Shown one piece after another: positions 59,924-64,000 of a DNA stretch of 64,000 nucleotides. Source of the stretch: an uncultured Actinomycetota bacterium (GTDB lineage: Bacteria > Actinomycetota > Actinomycetes > JAFAQI01). Every line of letters starts with the position of its first letter. Within the stretch, counting starts at the first letter, position 1. The translations under genes and the position numbers were made by a program. The stretch spans positions 448,001 through 512,000 of the forward strand of contig CAVYQE010000002.1 of assembly GCA_963770565.1 (NCBI GenBank), given 5' to 3'. The notes below the pieces were generated by a model that had not been told where the DNA came from, made no database searches, and was given only the letters and a program-made list of their open reading frames with translations.

Positions 59924-61051
59924 ATGGTCGACGAGCCGGTTTTCAAGCCAGGCCTGGAAGGCGTCATCGCCTTCGAAAGCGAGATCGCCGAACCGGATCG
60001 CGAGGGCTCCGCACTTCGCTATCGCGGCGTCGACATCGAAGAGCTCGTGGGCCGCGTCAGTTACGGCAACGTGTGGGGACTGCTGGTCGACGGCCGCTTC
60101 GCGCCCGGATTGCCGCCGGCCGAGCCATTCCCGGTCCCAGTCCACTCCGGTGACATCCGGGTCGACGTACAAAGCGCACTCGCGACCCTCGCCCCCGCCT
60201 GGGGCCTTCAGCAGCTGCTCGACATCGATGACGAACAGGCCCGCGACGACCTCGCCCGTTGCTCGGTGACCGCGATGTCCTTCGTCGCGCAGGCCGCTCG
60301 CGGTCTCGGCCAGCCGATGGTGCCGCAGAAGCGGATCGACGAGTGCGAGACCGTCGTCGAGCGGTTCATGGTGCGCTGGCGCGGCGAGCCGGACCCGGCG
60401 CACACGAAGGCGGCCGACGCCTACTTCGTCTCAGCGGCCGAGCACGGCATGAACGCCTCAACCTTCACCGCCCGCGTCATCGCCTCCACCGGTGCGGATG
60501 CCGCCGCCTGCCTGTCGGGTGCGGTCGGAGCGCTGTCGGGACCGTTGCACGGCGGCGCCCCCGCCCGAGTGTTGAAGATGCTCGACGAGGTCGCCGAGGA
60601 AGGCGACGCGCGTCGGTACGTCCGACGGCTGCTGGACTCGAAGCAACGGTTGATGGGATTCGGCCACCGGGTCTACCGCGCCGAGGACCCCCGCGCCCGG
60701 GTGCTGCGACGGACCGCGAAGCAGCTGCACGCGCCGCGGGTCGAGGTGGCCGAAGCGCTGGAGACCGCCGCGTTGGAGGAGCTCAAGGAGCGCTACCCGG
60801 ACCGCGTGCTCGCCACCAACGTGGAGTTCTGGTCGGCGGTCGTCCTCGATTTCGCCGAGGTGCCGGCGCACATGTTCACCTCGATGTTCACCTGCGCCCG
60901 GGTCGCCGGATGGAGTGCTCACATCCTCGAGCAGAAGCGCACCGGCCGCCTGATCCGCCCATCGGCAAAGTACGTCGGACCGGCGAACCGCCCGGTCGAA
61001 GCGGTGGAGGGCGCCGACCAGATCACGATCGGGCCCGCCACGGCCGACTGA
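59924..61051 (+). CDS. citA: citrate synthase 2
   Basis: GLEGV, EHGMNAST, GPLHGGA, MGFGHRVY. Confidence 0.93.
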   Translation: MVDEPVFKPGLEGVIAFESEIAEPDREGSALRYRGVDIEELVGRVSYGNVWGLLVDGRFAPGLPPAEPFPVPVHSGDIRVDVQSALATLAPAWGLQQLLDIDDEQARDDLARCSVTAMSFVAQAARGLGQPMVPQKRIDECETVVERFMVRWRGEPDPAHTKAADAYFVSAAEHGMNASTFTARVIASTGADAAACLSGAVGALSGPLHGGAPARVLKMLDEVAEEGDARRYVRRLLDSKQRLMGFGHRVYRAEDPRARVLRRTAKQLHAPRVEVAEALETAALEELKERYPDRVLATNVEFWSAVVLDFAEVPAHMFTSMFTCARVAGWSAHILEQKRTGRLIRPSAKYVGPANRPVEAVEGADQITIGPATAD

Positions 61052-61070
61052 CCGTCGCCGGCATGCTTAG

Positions 61071-62201
<1,131 letters not shown>

Positions 62202-62211
62202 GGGCGATGTC

Positions 62212-63807
62212 GTGCGCACGTTGACAGCTGCGGCTGCCGCGGGTCTGGTCGCGAGCGGGCTGGTATCCATCGCACCCGCACAAGCAGTTGCGGCGCACCG
62301 GGCCACCACGTTCGCCTCAACGATTCACTGGTCGACCTGCCCGAGTGCGGTCGAGCAACTGCCGAACGAGACGGTCCGCTGTGCAGCGCTCAAGGTGCCG
62401 ATGGACTACAGCGACCCGACCGGCACGCAGATCACCCTCGAGCTCTCGCTGGTGCGCCACACCTCGTCGGCGCAGAACTACCGCGGGGTGATGCTCTCGA
62501 ACCCCGGCGGCCCGGGTGGGATCGGCATCGACGACGGGCCCGAGCTCGCGCCGGACGTTCCGCATCACGTCGGTGCGGACTACGACTGGGTCAGCTGGGA
62601 TCCGCGCGGCGTCGGGACCAGCCGGCCGGCGATCCATTGCCAGAACACCTACTTCACCGCACCTCGCCGCAGCTACGTACCGACCACCAAGAGCTTGCTG
62701 CACTACTGGCTGAAGCGGGCGAAGTCCTACGCCGACGCATGCGAGCGGAAGTACCCCGAGTTGCTCGCCAACATGACCACGATCGACTCCGCGATGGACA
62801 TGAACTCGATCCGGCAGGCGCTCGGCGTCGCGCAGGTCAGCTACTACGGCTTCTCGTACGGGACCTACCTCGGCCAGGTGTTCTCGACGCTGTACCCGAC
62901 GCACCTGAAGTACATGGTCCTCGACAGCAACGTCGACCCGCGCCGGATCTGGTATCGCGCAAACCTCGAACAGGACCGGGCCTTCAACCGCAACATCAAC
63001 ATCTACTTCCGCTGGGTCGCAAAGCACGACCGCGTGTTCCACCTCGGCGCGACCGGGCACGCGGTATCGACGCGCTACTACGCGACCGTGGCGGCATTGA
63101 CCAAGCATCCCGACGGCAATCTCGGCCCCGATGAATGGTCCGACGCCTTCCTCGACACCGGCTACTTCACCTTCAACTGGATCGATGTGGCCAACGCCTG
63201 GCACGCGTTCGCGTTCCACGGCAAGACCGGCCCGATCCTCCAGCAGTATCGCTACGCCGACGGTCCGGGCAACGACAACGAATTCGCCGTCTACAACGCG
63301 GTCCAGTGCACCGACGTCCAATGGCCGACTGCGTGGAGTCGATGGAAGAAGGACAACGACGCGTACGCGAAGAAGTATCCGTTCTTCACCTGGGCGAACG
63401 CCTGGTTCAACGCGCCCTGTCTCTATTGGGGCGCAAAGGCCGGCAAACCGCTGACGATCAACGGCAACGCAACCAAGAGTGTGCTGCTGATCGACGAGAC
63501 CGACGATGCCGCCACGCCGTACCCGGGCAGCCTCGAGGTACGCCGGCTCTATCCGCACTCGAGCCTGATTGCCGAGCCCGGCGGCACCGCCCACGCCGAC
63601 TCGCTCAGCGGCAACGCCTGCGTCGACGACAAGATCGCGACGTACCTCGAGACCGGGCAGCGACCTTCGCGCAAGGACTGGAACGGCCCGGACGCGCTGT
63701 GCAAGCCGTTGCCCGATCCCACCCCAGTCCAGTTGATCATGGCGAAAAGCGCGAAGAAGTCGCCGAAAAGCGCGCGGTTCGCCATGATCAACAGCCGCGA
63801 GCGGTAG
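62212..63807 (+). CDS. secreted tripeptidyl-peptidase-like alpha/beta hydrolase
   Basis: signal peptide, NPGGPG, GFSYG, DAATP. Confidence 0.9.
   Translation: MRTLTAAAAAGLVASGLVSIAPAQAVAAHRATTFASTIHWSTCPSAVEQLPNETVRCAALKVPMDYSDPTGTQITLELSLVRHTSSAQNYRGVMLSNPGGPGGIGIDDGPELAPDVPHHVGADYDWVSWDPRGVGTSRPAIHCQNTYFTAPRRSYVPTTKSLLHYWLKRAKSYADACERKYPELLANMTTIDSAMDMNSIRQALGVAQVSYYGFSYGTYLGQVFSTLYPTHLKYMVLDSNVDPRRIWYRANLEQDRAFNRNINIYFRWVAKHDRVFHLGATGHAVSTRYYATVAALTKHPDGNLGPDEWSDAFLDTGYFTFNWIDVANAWHAFAFHGKTGPILQQYRYADGPGNDNEFAVYNAVQCTDVQWPTAWSRWKKDNDAYAKKYPFFTWANAWFNAPCLYWGAKAGKPLTINGNATKSVLLIDETDDAATPYPGSLEVRRLYPHSSLIAEPGGTAHADSLSGNACVDDKIATYLETGQRPSRKDWNGPDALCKPLPDPTPVQLIMAKSAKKSPKSARFAMINSRER
63732..63792. 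repeat. 61-bp REP-like palindrome, family B, inside the 3' end of the hydrolase gene
   Basis: GTTGATCATGGCGAA...TTCGCCATGATCAAC. Confidence 0.8.
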
Positions 63808-63830
63808 GCACGGCACTAGGGTCGGGCGTC

Positions 63831-64000
63831 GTGCTGATCCTGTTGCCGCCGAGTGAAGGCAAGGCGCGCGGCGGTGACGGCCCGCCGGTCGACCTCGACG
63901 GGCTCTCCTGGCCTGAGCTGACCGCGACCCGGCAGCGCGTTGGCCGCACCCTCGTCACGATGTGCCAGGGCAACGTCGTACGGGCGCGTGCCCGGCTCGG
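63831..64000 (+). CDS. yaaA: peroxide stress protein YaaA (5' part only)
   Basis: begins VLILLPPSEGK. Confidence 0.75.
   Translation, partial: MLILLPPSEGKARGGDGPPVDLDGLSWPELTATRQRVGRTLVTMCQGNVVRARARL

Overview
High-GC actinobacterial chromosomal window. The main finding is an apparently complete ~19.8 kb casposon (Cas1-mobilised element) at 3110-22935, inserted at the 3' end of tRNA-Arg(CCT). It has perfect 58-bp terminal inverted repeats (TIRs), a 15-bp target-site duplication (TSD, GCACTTCGTGCCGGT), and a solo Cas1 with a Zn-finger/HTH tail. No CRISPR array or cas2 was seen. A divergently transcribed operon encodes a small DNA-binding protein, a basic protein, an HNH protein, a frameshifted family-B polymerase with unusually degenerate motifs, and a nucleoside-deoxyribosyltransferase-like protein. 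Cargo includes Fic, a NYN RNase with a candidate small RNA, a tyrosine recombinase, lipoproteins, an ECF sigma pair, IS110 and IS3. A second TIR start follows the right TSD directly, suggesting tandem, CRISPR-like integration at the tRNA. Downstream are an IS630-interrupted VOC gene, accessory signalling and secreted-protein genes, housekeeping genes (amtB-glnK, folE, serA, sigK/rskA-like, udgX-like, pdxH, citA, serC, yaaA) and two families of palindromic REP-like repeats. Product calls come from motif recognition by eye; no database searches were run.
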